Positions 23,055 through 35,376 of a stretch of 64,000 nucleotides of DNA are shown piece by piece. The notes beneath the pieces were generated by a model. The model worked only from the letters and a program-made list of their open reading frames with translations. It searched no databases and was not told where the DNA came from. This stretch comes from Penicillus capitatus (taxonomy: Eukaryota > Plantae > Chlorophyta). The stretch is from positions 2,047,724 through 2,111,723 of the forward strand of contig OZ287696.1 in the NCBI GenBank assembly GCA_965649825.1, given 5' to 3'. A program made the translations under genes and the position numbers. Each line of letters begins with the position of its first letter. Position 1 is the stretch's first letter.

Positions 23055-24740
23055 ATGATGGAGATCGACCAACTGAAACAACGTGTCGCGGCGCTGGAAG
23101 AAGAAAACGCTGTTCTGCGCCAACAGCTATTAGAAGGACGGTCAGGGTGTGTCCACCTGTCCAGTCGTAACACCCATTCCGCTGACTCGAGTGGGACATT
23201 CTGGGAAAGCGATCATGGACTGAACGCATTTGAGGTCCAGCGCTATGGCCGTCAGCTAATCCTCCCCACATTCGGTCCACAAGGCGAGTGACTTCATCTT
23301 CAAGAATGCAATTTAAGACTCTGTTGACGTGCAGCGCAGGAGCGACTATGCAATGGAAGTGTGTTGGTGGTGGGTGCTGGAGGATTGGGTTCTGCTGTCC
23401 TTTTGTATCTGGCAGGAGCTGGTATTGGGAAACTGGGTATTGTAGACAAAGACACTGTCGATCTGAGCAATCTGCACCGCCAAATCATCCACAAGTGACG
23501 CAGTCCTCTGTAGTTCACCGGCATTTGTCATGAAAAGGCATCACACATTAGTGAAAATGCTGTGGGAGAACACAAATGCGATTCGGCTCAGAGAGCTTGT
23601 CAACGTCTAAACTCATCTGTCGATGTGGTAATCTACAATGAAGGACTTGCGCCTCAAAATGCCTTAGAAATCGTCGAGCTATACGATGCGGTCGTCGATG
23701 CATCGGACAATGCTCCAAGTCGGTACCTCATCAGGTGCATGTCCTTTTCTGTGCGATCGCGATCGACATGTGCCATCTGAAGTGATGTGTGTGTTTTGCT
23801 GGGGAAGCCATTGGTGTCGGGGGCAGCGATTGGAACAGATGGTCAACTTACTGTCTACAACTATGGAGCAGACGGTAAGGCCCTTTTCGATTTTGCCTCG
23901 TAAAATCTGTACTCGTACAGGTCCTTGCTATCGATGCCTGTTTCCCAACGCACCTTCAACAGGTGCATGCTCTCGCTGCTCGGAGGCAGGAGTTTTGGGT
24001 CCCGTTCCGGGCATCATTGGAGTGTTACAAGCCATGGAAGCTATCAAGATCTTAACAAAGGTCTGCCACTTATTGGTTGATGCCGGTGTCTGGACAACAC
24101 TGCAGGTAGGAACAGTGATGAGTCAGAGGATGCTCATCGTCGAGTGCCTTGAATCAGAATTCAGATGTGTCAAGATTCGCAGCAGACGTCCTGATTGCAT
24201 TGCATGTGGCCAACAGCCTTTTCTGTCACGTGACAATCTGGCCGCATATGACTATACCGGTTTCACAGGGCATCATTTTGAAGAAGATGCAAAATGCTTG
24301 CCCTTAAAACTCTCTCCTTCATCCGACCGCTTGACTTCCCAAGATCTCCTGACGAAGATTGAACAGAAAACGACTCATCCCTTTGTCCTTCTAGACGTAC
24401 GGCCACCAGCAGAATTCGCCATCTGTCGACTAAAAGGTGCAAAGCCACTCGACGGCTCAGGGATTCACACGTGTGTGTCATTGCAGGATCCACTCTGTGT
24501 CCATTCCGTCATCTAGACAAGCTGTCGCCGAGTGTGATCGACTCACTTCAGCAACAGAGTGGGCAGCAATGTGAAAATGATGATACAGACAAGGAGGTGG
24601 TTGTCGTTTGTCGTCGAGGAAACGATTCGCAGCTCGCTGTTGCCAAACTTAGAAAACTTGGTATCCGTCAGGTAGTGGATGTCGCTGGAGGGTTGGAGGC
24701 ATGGCATCGTGAAGCGGACCCCACTTTTCTCAAATACTGA
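23055..24740 (+). CDS. MOCS3: Adenylyltransferase/sulfurtransferase MOCS3 (Uba4/CNX5): ThiF + rhodanese domains, 7 exons
   Basis: [49 protein letters not shown] and rhodanese [10 protein letters not shown]. Six introns of 45-57 nt give a continuous frame ending in TGA. Confidence 0.95.
23284..23334 (+). other. GC-AG intron (51 nt), MOCS3 intron 1
   Basis: The donor GCGAGT restores FGPQ-AQERL in frame. The nearby GT donor causes a frameshift. Confidence 0.8.
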
Positions 24741-24942
24741 GGCTCATCTCTCTTGCTTACGGATCAAGATGATGAACTAAGATCTTTCGCCCGGTTCTAT
24801 CTCGCCCACTGACTTGCTTGAAAACAATCGACATTTAAACACATCTTCACAAATTGCATGGAAAGCCGATGGCTCCATTACACGGACAACAAAGAATAGA
24901 GTTTGCTTGAGAAGAAAGAATGTTATTTAGGGTCAACAACTT

Positions 24943-27578
24943 TCAACCATCTAGGTTTCCATTTCGAAATGGACTTGGCTTGAAAGTGGGCGCCGTTCTT
25001 TGATTGAGTGTCTCGTACACGATGCGTCGCTCAAATTCCTTGTAGGGATCTTCTTCTCTTTTTTCGATCAAGTAACTAATATTCGTCTCCAACTCGATCT
25101 TGAACTGCCAGACAACAAACTGGTATCTTCCCCTTTGGCACATAAGAGAGATCACTTACATGTTGATAGAACTTTGCACATTTTTCATCGTCATTGGCAA
25201 TCTCTGGAACCAGGCGAATAGGTTTTCCAAACAAAAAGTACTGCCTTGCTGGTTTTATAGGAACGGTTAAAGGCTAGAAGGTACAGAACAGATGGATGGG
25301 TTCATTTTTAAAGAGATGGGTTTTACCGGAGTGAGAGGCCTGTCCTTCATCTTTTTCTCTCTTGCTGTCACACCTCGCCTGGCTCGAGCCGACTCGTCCT
25401 CGAATTTTTCCATCGACTCTCTAATGGAAGGGATCATCATCATATCTTTGTTGTCCAAGAGTTGCTCCACTCCATCTTCTGAACCGACACTTGCTATCGT
25501 CACGACAGTTGCTCCGCATTTCGCTGCCATCCGAACGAACTCAGAGTTGTCAGGCCACATAATCTCATACTTCTGGTCCCTCAACTTCAATGCCTGAAAA
25601 AACAAACCAGACACTCAGAGCCACTCTGATCTGATCATGGTGATCTGACACACCTCAATCGCTCCTCCTGGATAGAGCAAAACGCATTCGCCATGACTGA
25701 GTAGTCGATAAGCGCTTCTGGGATTGACAGAGACGGCGCCGTATGTTGTGTAGAGTTTATAGGCATCTCTTGGATTGAAGAGGGCTATCAGTGCCTGTTC
25801 AATGGGGGTAGGCTCCTCTCCCTTGGGCGGCTTCACCACATTGATGGATTCCCGCATAACAGCTGGATGCGCCAATCCTCTCACCAGAATATCTTTATCC
25901 TTGAGCAAACCATACACCAACATCTTCATGTCTAATGCCATCAAGGGATGATTGCCAACAAACAGAATTGGCCGATCATCCGGGATTCCATCCATTCCTT
26001 GGACAACGCTGTCAGTTGAAGGAATGGGTCATCGAAAACCATCTGGATGCGTGTGGTAATGATACCTGCCATCAGGAAGCGTCGAGAAGTACACAGGACT
26101 GTTGAATCTGAAGGATTCTTTGAGAACATCGCCCATCTTCTCGATCTCTCGCCGCGGTGGCATCTCAATTGGAAAAGGCTTTCCGAAGTTGTTGAGAGCC
26201 GGTCGTCTTCTGTGACCACCTTCTGACGTCATCTTCCTCTTCAGGAGATAAAATCCTTCATCCTGGTTGCATCAGTAACACCGATAGTATCTATCGTATT
26301 CCGTTAAATATACCTTGAGTAGTTGTAATAGATCTGTACCAGATTCTTCCATCACGGCATGACCTGCTAAGGGTACCATCTTTACAAAAGCACGTAGCAT
26401 AACGCGCTCTAGTCTCTCTGCCTCTTCTCTCGATCGCAGCAACAGATCATTTCCAGAGGCAATCACCAACGTCCGTTGTGGCACCTGGTCAGTTTCCATC
26501 ATAGATCTTATGACGGAGGTGCCGACGTTTCACTTTGTGAAGATAGGGGTCGATATGCTCCAAACCTTGTCGCAATACATCAAGCTTCCAGCGGATGATG
26601 TCACTCGTTACGAAATTCGAAACTAAATCCAATGTACCCAACATCTGTAGACCTCTCTGTACATACGCGCATCACAGAGCCATTCATCTTTCAGGCATAG
26701 CTTAGGACGTACTTCTATGAGATCCGATGGCTGTTGAACGAATCGCATGGCGTTTTGGGAATCGCCGAATAGGATGTTGAATGGATTAGCGATCAATGGT
26801 GCCATTAAGCCAGACACAAGAGGATACATCACTTCAGGGACGTTTGGAAGCAGAGGCGCCACAGTCGAGATGACCGATTGATCGTAGCCCGTTGCTGGAT
26901 TGACCAAAACCACACGATCCACCACATCTTTGCATTCATACGCAGCTGCCAATGTCAAAACAGCGCCAAATGACTCGCCCAACAAATAAACCATTCTTTC
27001 AGGAATCTGCGGATCGACCATCTCTTGCACATAACTCTACACAGAAGACAATCACCATTTACAGAGAGTAACGATATGGCCAATGCCGTGAAGATCTGTA
27101 AGAGGGATTGAAAATCGTGTTTGTCTTCGAAGGGAATCATAAACGTCTCGAGCTGAAATCCCGCAGCCAATCGTTCGAGTTGTTTGTGTGCTGCGTAGCC
27201 AACGCCATCGATGCCAGGCACATAGATCATCAAAGGAAGTGCCTCGCGCGAGATGTCGCCATTGAGGGAAGGAAAGTAGGGTGACATGAACCGCGGCTCT
27301 CCTCCTACAGCAGCAGCTCCACGTCAAGACGCTCCTCCACGTTACATCAGCTCACCGTCGCTCCCCAACAGCTCTGAAACGGAGACTTGATGTGGCTGCT
27401 GGGTACCGAATATCGTTCGGAATGTTCGGTCCGTTTTCTCAGCATGCACACGTGTGGTCATCCCTGTGTGATAGCTGCCTCTCTGGAATAGCGATTTCGA
27501 AGTATCTCTACCAAGTGTCGTTCGTGATTGAGCGCCATAAGGTTGGAAGATTCGTTTCCACTGAGCAGAGCGCTGCAT
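24943..27578 (-). CDS. PES: Phytyl ester synthase-like protein (alpha/beta-hydrolase + acyltransferase), plastid transit-like N-terminus
   Basis: LMIYVPGIDGVG, lipase motif YLLGESFGA, acyltransferase motif LFVGNHPLMALD, LLYPGGA, and a C-terminal YLIEKREEDPY. Confidence 0.85.
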
Positions 27579-27658
27579 CTTCCTAGACTATACCCGCCGT
27601 CAACGTCGCCAAACAGAGATGCGTCAGACGGTGCCTGTTTGATGTGACGTAGTACTCG

Positions 27659-29642
27659 ATGGCAGACATTGGCGTCAAAGTCGACGACCGAATTCAACTT
27701 GCTGAATCGAGAGGCACTGTGCGTTATATAGGTCACTCTTTCGTTTTTCGACGCTCCTCTCACTCTCGAGATCTAGGGCCTATACAGAATCGAGAGGGAG
27801 TATGGGTCGGTATCGAATGGGATGATGAGCATCGAGGAAAACACAACGGTGTTGTAAACAACCAGCGTTATTTCGAGACGAAGGGCAATACACTGTCGGG
27901 CAGTTTCGTTCCCGCAGAAAGATTTCGTTTGGGATATGACTTGGTCACGGCACTGAGAACGCGCTATGATGACGAGAATGCCTACGATGAAGAAGACATG
28001 TTCGTCTCGACCACGAGCAACAAGAGCAAACGGATTGAACTCGTGGGACTGACTAAAATCGAGAACTACCAAAAAAACACACAACACTTGAGAGCAGTAG
28101 ATCTGTCTGGATCTTGCATTTCGCAAACGGTTGTGTGAGTGTGTGTGATCGAAGAGTGTGAGAAGTCATGTGCTGTAGGGGCCGTTAGAAGTACTGAGAA
28201 AACTCCTGTCGAATCTGGAAGAGCTCAATGTGGGATTCAATCTGATCCGTTCTTGGCAGACTGTCGTCGATCTCTTCGTGTCTCTGCCGCATCTGACGGT
28301 TCTCAATTTATCGGGGAATCCGTTTCTCGAGAAGGATGTCTACATGCCAATACCCACAGCTGACGGTCCTGTACTCTCTTCTCAGATTAAGACGCTGATC
28401 TTGAATGAGTGTAAGATGAAATGGGAACAGGTATGTTCTGAATGCACCAAAATGGATATCCTGATGGAGATGTAGGCGGCATCTGTCGCATCATGGCTTG
28501 CAAATCTTGCCGGGATCCAAGTGTGCACGAATGCTATTTCTGTTCTATCTCCCCCTGAGAAAGGCGCTCTGGTCTGCCTAGAGGTCAGACCTGCAGAAGA
28601 CAGTGGACATGTCCGTCACATCACGTGACTTTGTAGGCCATTGATTTCTCGTTCAATCAGCTGAAGGAATGGAGTGAAGTATGTCATCTGTGTCATTTGC
28701 CATGTCTGAAGAGACTGAATCTTACGGGCAATCCGCTGACATCTGTCTTCTACGCCCATGGTGATGTGACATTTTTCCAATCACTGGAGTCTCTGTTGTT
28801 GGGAGGTGAGATCTCGCACGACTGCATGCGGACTTCGACCATCTCGTCCTCACAGACTGTGACATCCACAGCTGGAATTCAGTCGCGGCCCTTAATCTTT
28901 TTCCGAGTCTTAAAGAAACAAGGCTGACTGGCAATCCCTTAATGCAGAACATTGTCGGAGGTGGTCGATTTGAAGTGCGACACAGTCCATTTGTTCTGTT
29001 TCCTCTCCTCACTCAGATGTCACTTTGTCTTTCAGATTGTGGCCAGAGTGGGTGGTCTGACACATCTCAATGGCTCACGTGTCTCTCCTCAAGAGCGCAT
29101 TGATTGTGAGAGGCGTTACGTGAGCTACGTTGCAAACTACTGTCTGCAGAATGATGTTGATCCAGCATCCATCACCCAATTGCATCCTCGTTACCCTGAA
29201 TTGATTGCCAAGCACGGGAAGCCAACGTGAGGCATTTGAGATGTCATGAATGGAATCTCACTCCTTTCTTGTGTTCTAATACAGTACGAACGCATCTGCT
29301 GCGAAACAGACAGGCGCTCTCCGGGAAAATGTGATCGAGATTACATTAACATGTCACGCTGCATCGGGTAAAATGGGAGAACAAACCAAGAAAGTTTCGA
29401 TCAATATGACGCTTGGGACACTCAAAACACTTATAGAAAAACTCTTCGTTTTGCCAAGAAACAAGATGAAGCTCTATCTCAAAGCCGATGATCGAACATT
29501 TCCTGAAGATATCACTGACATCAAAGATGACAAGAGACTCGGCGATCTCTATATCATTGTACGGCATTTGAATCGTTTACTTTCAAATGCAATAGAAATG
29601 TCATGTACATAGGATGGTCAACAGATCTTAGTCAATGAATGA
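27659..29642 (+). CDS. TBCE: Tubulin-folding cofactor E (CAP-Gly, LRR, ubiquitin-like)
   Basis: WVGIEWDDEHRGKHNG (CAP-Gly), LRR exons (LNLSGNPF, LNLTGNPL), LTHLNGSRVSPQERIDCERRY, and a C-terminal ubiquitin-like exon. Confidence 0.9.
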
Positions 29643-29700
29643 GGAGTGAACAAAAAAGATACAACGGGATTTCAAAGAATGCTTTGCTTTATTCAGAGCT

Positions 29701-29726
29701 TGTGGTGGTAGTGGTAGTGGTGGTGG
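29701..29726. repeat. Imperfect (GTG)n microsatellite in the TBCE 3' region
   Basis: tgtggtggtagtggtagtggtggtgg read directly. Confidence 0.6.
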
Positions 29727-29907
29727 AAATAGTGGATGGACCTTAATGGACCTGAATGATGTAATAACCCGTGTTTCAAGCCATAACCCAATTATGCCGA
29801 AAGGGTTTATGGAAAGACGATGACTTTAGCTAAGTACTTGCTGACCGAGAACTGAAAGATCGCAACAAAAAAGAATGAAAAGAAATTGGATGAACTGCTT
29901 GCTGAAA

Positions 29908-32211
29908 TTAGCTTGAAATAAGACCTAGCATTTGATCGAGATTGTTGTGACCTCTCATGGATCTCATCGGTGTCATTCTTGGAGGTCTACGTGTCAGACG
30001 CCCCTCCAATTCTGACAAATTGTCACCACTGCCGTCTTCATCTTCAACAGATATCTGCAGAATGCATGTGAGCCATCCATCCTTTACAAACCCATCCTCC
30101 TCTTTCTCAAGACACGCACACGGTAGAATATCACTCCACCCGGCACTCGGTTGATGATTATGAAAGACATGGCGAAGTTCTGAAGAGAACACACCACATA
30201 TATGTCATCTGGAGATATGGGAGATGAATGGACCGTGGTACTCGCCACTCGCTGCGGAGTGAGTGTTGAGAACAGCAAAGGCCACCAGCGCACGAACAGG
30301 TGTGCTGTTCATCGAAACAACATCCACCAGCATCTTTGAGCCGATGCCAGAATGCCCTCTTGGACACAGTTTCAGACACCTGCAAATAACAGAGCTCTTC
30401 TGATGGTCACACAAATAGAAAGTCGCACCAAAGATGGTCATTCAATTCAAATATATCGCTCACGATGCACGTCGGACTCGTCGAACAGATATTCTTCAGT
30501 CTCCACTGATCATATATACAGGGGTCAGCTCTGATGCTGTCATGACGTGACAGGTGGGTCAGTTCGCTTACGATGTAATGATGTGGACTTTCATTCACGA
30601 CAGCGATCGTCATCTCATTTTCTTCCAGCACAAGACGGCACTCCATCTGAACAGTGATCTGACCCTGGGGGTCCAAAAAATGCAAAGCAGGATTCTGGAT
30701 CGTCTTGATCCACTGCGAGACACACATCTGTTTTCTCTCACCCCGTTCTCCCCAAACCATCAGACCCCCTATCGTGCAGCAAACAATCAGTCAGATCACA
30801 GCACTTTTAGATATGCATCCATCGATGCTCAACCGGAGAGGATATTGTAGTTCGGACTGCTGTGATTGACAAAGGTATGTGCCCATCGCACCTCAGCCTC
30901 GTAATGCGGCTCACAAGCGCAACAGTAGACGCGCAGAATACCACGCCCCGTACCTTCATACGCGACTTCCCTAACACAGCACGCCCGTCGTCCGTCATAG
31001 AGTGTCCGTGTCTGGCATAGACGCACCATTCGTGGCCACGGAGCTTGAACCGAACGGCACATCTATCTCTCTTGTGCAAGAATTTCTCAGGCAGTCGGCA
31101 CTGCAGCAGAGACGTGGTATGCTCAGGAGAGACATGAGGGACGCGGCACCGCACCGTGACGGATCCGAACCAATCGTTCTCGACGACGTGGCATCGGATC
31201 TGTTCGTCGTGCCGAGTGCGATGGGGTACCCATATCTCGTCTTCCATTCCCGCCTCCTTCATCTACTATACGCTGTCCGATTTCAATTGATTGTACACGG
31301 TAACGAATTCGTCGGCTTTGGGAATGTTTCCCGCGGCTTCAGTGACGTAGTACTTAATGATGCCGGGGTGAGAATGTGGCACGTTTTCTCGAAAACGATG
31401 TGACGGAGCGAGGCGTCGTCAGCTGACATTGTGAGCCGGCTGATGTTACATGTGTATGCATGCATAGCTTTCACAAATGCCACCAACGACTGTCTTTTCA
31501 TCATGTTTATAGAGAGAGCAAGATGAAGAGCGCCTTTTTCTTCTGGTTCACTCACTCAACAGGTCTCTCTTTCTCGATCGGTGCATAATGGACTTCCATT
31601 TTTGCATCGCGGACGTAGATGCACCACCCAGGAAACATCGACCTGCAATAGAATTCAAGCACGTCTCCTGGTGCGTACTGGGCCATGAATCCATCGAAGC
31701 CAGCATAGTCGACCGAATGCGTCTTCCATGTAGAAGACGCATGCACGTTCGTAAAAACGCGAGGCCTTTCTTGCAATTTCGACATCCCTGTGACCGGATC
31801 AATGATATCCACTTCGCCCCAGGTCCACGAGTTTCTTTGCGTTCCTTGATCTTCTGGGTAGCTGCTCCAGCCCTGATCGTGGGAAGTAATGCGGAACTTG
31901 ACTTTCCGAGGAATGCCTGGAAGAGCACTGAATTTGAACACGCGGTAATTCAAGGATCCTCCCTCAAATGTGTCCTCATGGATTTTCTCAGCGACGCACC
32001 AGTATTCAGCATTGTCGAGAATTTGCGTCACGATTGCTTCGGGCAATGGGGGCCGATGCGTAGGCACATCGCCATGTAGCAATGCCTCACGCAAAAGGCG
32101 TACCTCACCGGCTCCGCGAAGAACTTTCGAAACGACGCCGTCTTTTACTTGCACAAATTTGTCTTCTTCTTCAGACGCAGACCCAGCGACCGTAGCGGAA
32201 GCACCACTCAT
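29908..32211 (-). CDS. Protein with an N-terminal SHDQGW-type domain followed by two MATH/TRAF-like domains; single-gene model probable, not proven
   Basis: Exon 32,211-31,556 encodes LPEAIVTQILDNAEYW...ITSHDQGW...SWTWGEV...FPGW. Its in-frame TGA overlaps a GTGAGT donor, and a 62-nt intron joins it to downstream exons with MATH-like segments (RFKLRGHEW; QWRLKNI; GWSDILP..L...DGFVKDGWL). Confidence 0.6.
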
Positions 32212-32814
32212 TATTCGTGCTGCCAAAATAAGCAACGCTAATCAAAACGCCGTCCATTCGATGTCGGGCGCCAATGAAATGACTGGACGAGGACGCATGT
32301 AAGATCGATCAAAGTCATCCAACAGTGCGCGATCTCTGTTCGCGACACACACAGGCCGACAAGCGGCACAGACACGTTCGGAAAAATCAAATAATCATTA
32401 CAGTTAAGAACCCCATTATCGCGCTCCACTCAAACCCACGACGAACATTTTCAGAGTGCCTTATATATGGGACCTTGTCTTGATCGGACGCTTTGATAAG
32501 ACGACTGGCTAATTACGCTTCCCCTCCGTCTGTCATTTCTTGTCTGTCTATGAAACTAGGTGCTCATCCATCGTCAAGGAAGGATACGCGCTACCCGAAC
32601 GCTTCCTCTGCGTGACGATCTCAGAACGCCTCAAAAACAGGTCGACGATAATCCAGTCAAGTTACAGTTCGATGTTGTCACTCGATAACCCTGAAAAAAA
32701 AAAACTGAGATACGACGCTGCCTGATGCACTCATGTTCATCGCACAAAAAACCTACGCCGCACATTCATTCTCCCGTACGCAGCTTCTTCCACTTACAGA
32801 GAAACGTGAACGCG

Positions 32815-34105
32815 TCAATCCAGAAGTCGTACGGATTCGATCGAGGACTCGCTAAGAACGAAGTCTGTCGACACGTCCACTTCATGAGATTCGACTAGTG
32901 ATGTCGGATTGGGATTCTGGATCACAATATGAGCATGACATGTGCACCATCCGTCACGCACAAACCCGTGTGCAGGGGACAGGATCAATGCATTGTCCAT
33001 GAATGCAGGCCACCCATTCATCTCTCGCTTCTCGGAGAATGCACACATCTTCTCTGTTAACAAATGGATCAACGATTCAGATGAAGTCAGAAGTGACCAT
33101 CTTTCTCTTACCCTTGAAAATCATTCTGTTTGCGTCGTCGTAGTTATGAATGGAAAAATCAAAGTGTACAACGACGGGATGGAGATTCAAAGACTGTAAG
33201 AAGACAGCGAACGACGATGCATCACCGTTTTTGCCTCTGGGATAGAGAAACAGTCTCCTAACACATCCACCAATCTTGCACCATAAGAGACATTCTCTCA
33301 TTCTCTTACCAGTCTGTCTTATTGACCGTAATTCGTTTGCTCACCAACAGTCTCGGACTCAGTTCGCAGAGCTGATTCAACTGCCACTGCAACTAGACAG
33401 CAAAAGGGCAATGGGAGTATCGGATAGCAATGAATGAAATGCCTCTTACCGTGCATTGAGTTGGAATAGGAATTTCCTCTTTGAATGCTTCGTTGTGTTG
33501 CAGAATTAGCCTTACATCCAATTGCGTCAAAAAGAAGTCTTCATCAAGATATCCATGGATCTGATTCTTGATGGAATCGCTTGGGCATGTCAAGCAGAGC
33601 ACCGGAGAATGGACTGAGGAAAAGAACCGAGCCCAACCTGGGAATCATACATGAATGACTCAAAGAAGACCGACCGCATGGCAACATGTCTGATTACCAT
33701 AAGAGTGATCAGCACCGGCGTTGCTCTGATGCTTCACCGAACAGTCGTAGTGGACACCGACGGCGGGTGGACAGTTGAGGCACTCCAGGTAAACACTCAA
33801 CTTTCCATCCTGTCCATGTATGCATTGCAGCAGCCTACACGTATTCCCAAATCGCACGCATGAGAAGGGAACGACGGGGAATGTTACGACCAGGAGTATG
33901 GACCAATAAGAAAGCGAACTTCGGCCTCGTCCCTGTCACTCAGGAAGCACTTGTGAATCCGACACTGGTACACCGCCAACACACGTCATCGTGCAATAGG
34001 ACTCGGAATCGAGACCTGGCAGCGTAAGAACCACGAGTGGCCCTGGAATCGATGCGCGAAGGGTATCCGGCGACTTGTTTCGCTTATTTGCCAGGCGGAG
34101 GTCAT
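32815..34105 (-). CDS. Double-MATH/TRAF-like protein; 5' end uncertain
   Basis: KIGGCVRRLFLYPRG...FAVFL, GWPAFMDNALILSPAHGFVRDGW, and a first MATH-like unit CRIHKCFLSDRDEAEVRFLIGPYSW that resembles the neighbouring gene. Confidence 0.65.
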
Positions 34106-34468
34106 CATACCCCAAGGATGCCTTTGAATAGCACCACTGACGTTGCAATGTTGTCACGACAGTGGCAGTTCTCTTCGTCGAGCACACGACATTTCGCCGA
34201 GCTTTGGGTTTTTATTGGCGAAGAAACACTTTTTCCGTCTGTTTGACGGTGACACGAATTAGATGCCGAGCAGTGTGGCAGGCGAGGGAGCTGGTGAGAA
34301 GGTTAAGGTTACATGCGGATCCATGCGTATTTGCACAATCGAAGGTCGTCGATCATCCAAACGCGGTAACACGCCCGGGCGTAGATCCAACAGCGAAGCA
34401 CTTTTGGTCCACACAATCGTTTTAAAGCCACAGATGCCCTTGTTATGATAAATTGGATGCTGCTCGCT

Positions 34469-34473
34469 TTACA
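34469..34473 (-). terminator. TGTAA motif overlapping the beta-1 stop codon (second copy at 34,309-34,313)
   Basis: atg TAA on the minus strand forms TGTAA. Confidence 0.45.
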
Positions 34474-35352
34474 TGGACTGATGACGTCCATAGGACAGAC
34501 TTCCATACTTTACCGGCACTTGGTCTCCAGGAATGAATTCCCGGTGAACTCCCTGAGCATTGATCATGACAATGCGTATACACCCACCGCTGGCACTGTC
34601 CCGCGCCATCGCATGCGCCACGGCATGCAACACGAAATGACTTAGAGACACACACATTTGTGGGCACTTCTCGTAGAGAGAATCTCTTTCTGCCATACCG
34701 TGCTTGATCGGCGGACATATTATCTTTCCAGTTCTTGTCAAACCATGAGTAGATAGAACCAGATCCCGATCCCGCAAGAGCAAAGTTTGTCTTGACCAAG
34801 GTTCCTCCCAAGGCAATTTCGTAAAGAGATGGACCGTTGTACTTGTCATGCCCAGCAACAATCGCCCCAAAATGGAGATTGTCTTTGTTCCTGTACGCGA
34901 GCGTCTGCAACATAGACGCAGCTGATTTCACAGGCACCTAGACCGAAACATGTCATCAATCAAGGCGGAGGGAGTGCGGTGCCGCGGCCGACTTGGTCAT
35001 TGAGCTGTAAATAGTGACTTTCGAGCAGCCCTCGAAGATGATCAATCACCAACTGTGAATGCGCTGATGTTCCAGCACGTGCCATGCACACATTGTCTGC
35101 AAGCATGGTCAATTTATCCGATACACGATTGGCAACATAAGTCCCTAACACACATTCCGGTTCCACTCCATCGAGTCGTTATCCGTGAGAACACACCAAG
35201 GCTTGTCTGAGAATCAGCCGCCAAGACGATACCGTCTTTGTAGACACCACCCACGATCGTTGTCTGGAGACAGTTTTTGTCTCACACCATCGGCAAGATG
35301 GCAAAACAGGTCTTACGCCCAATGAGACAGGTCCTTCTGTCGCCGTTGCCAT
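34469..35352 (-). CDS. PBA1: 20S proteasome beta-1 subunit (PSMB6/PBA1 family), divergent
   Basis: Propeptide ...SLG/TTIVG, AADSQTSLG, NRVSDK, AGSGS, AMARDSASGGCIR. Thr1, Asp17 and Lys33 are present. Confidence 0.88.
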
Positions 35353-35376
35353 GATGTTGTGATCAAGACCGGCACA

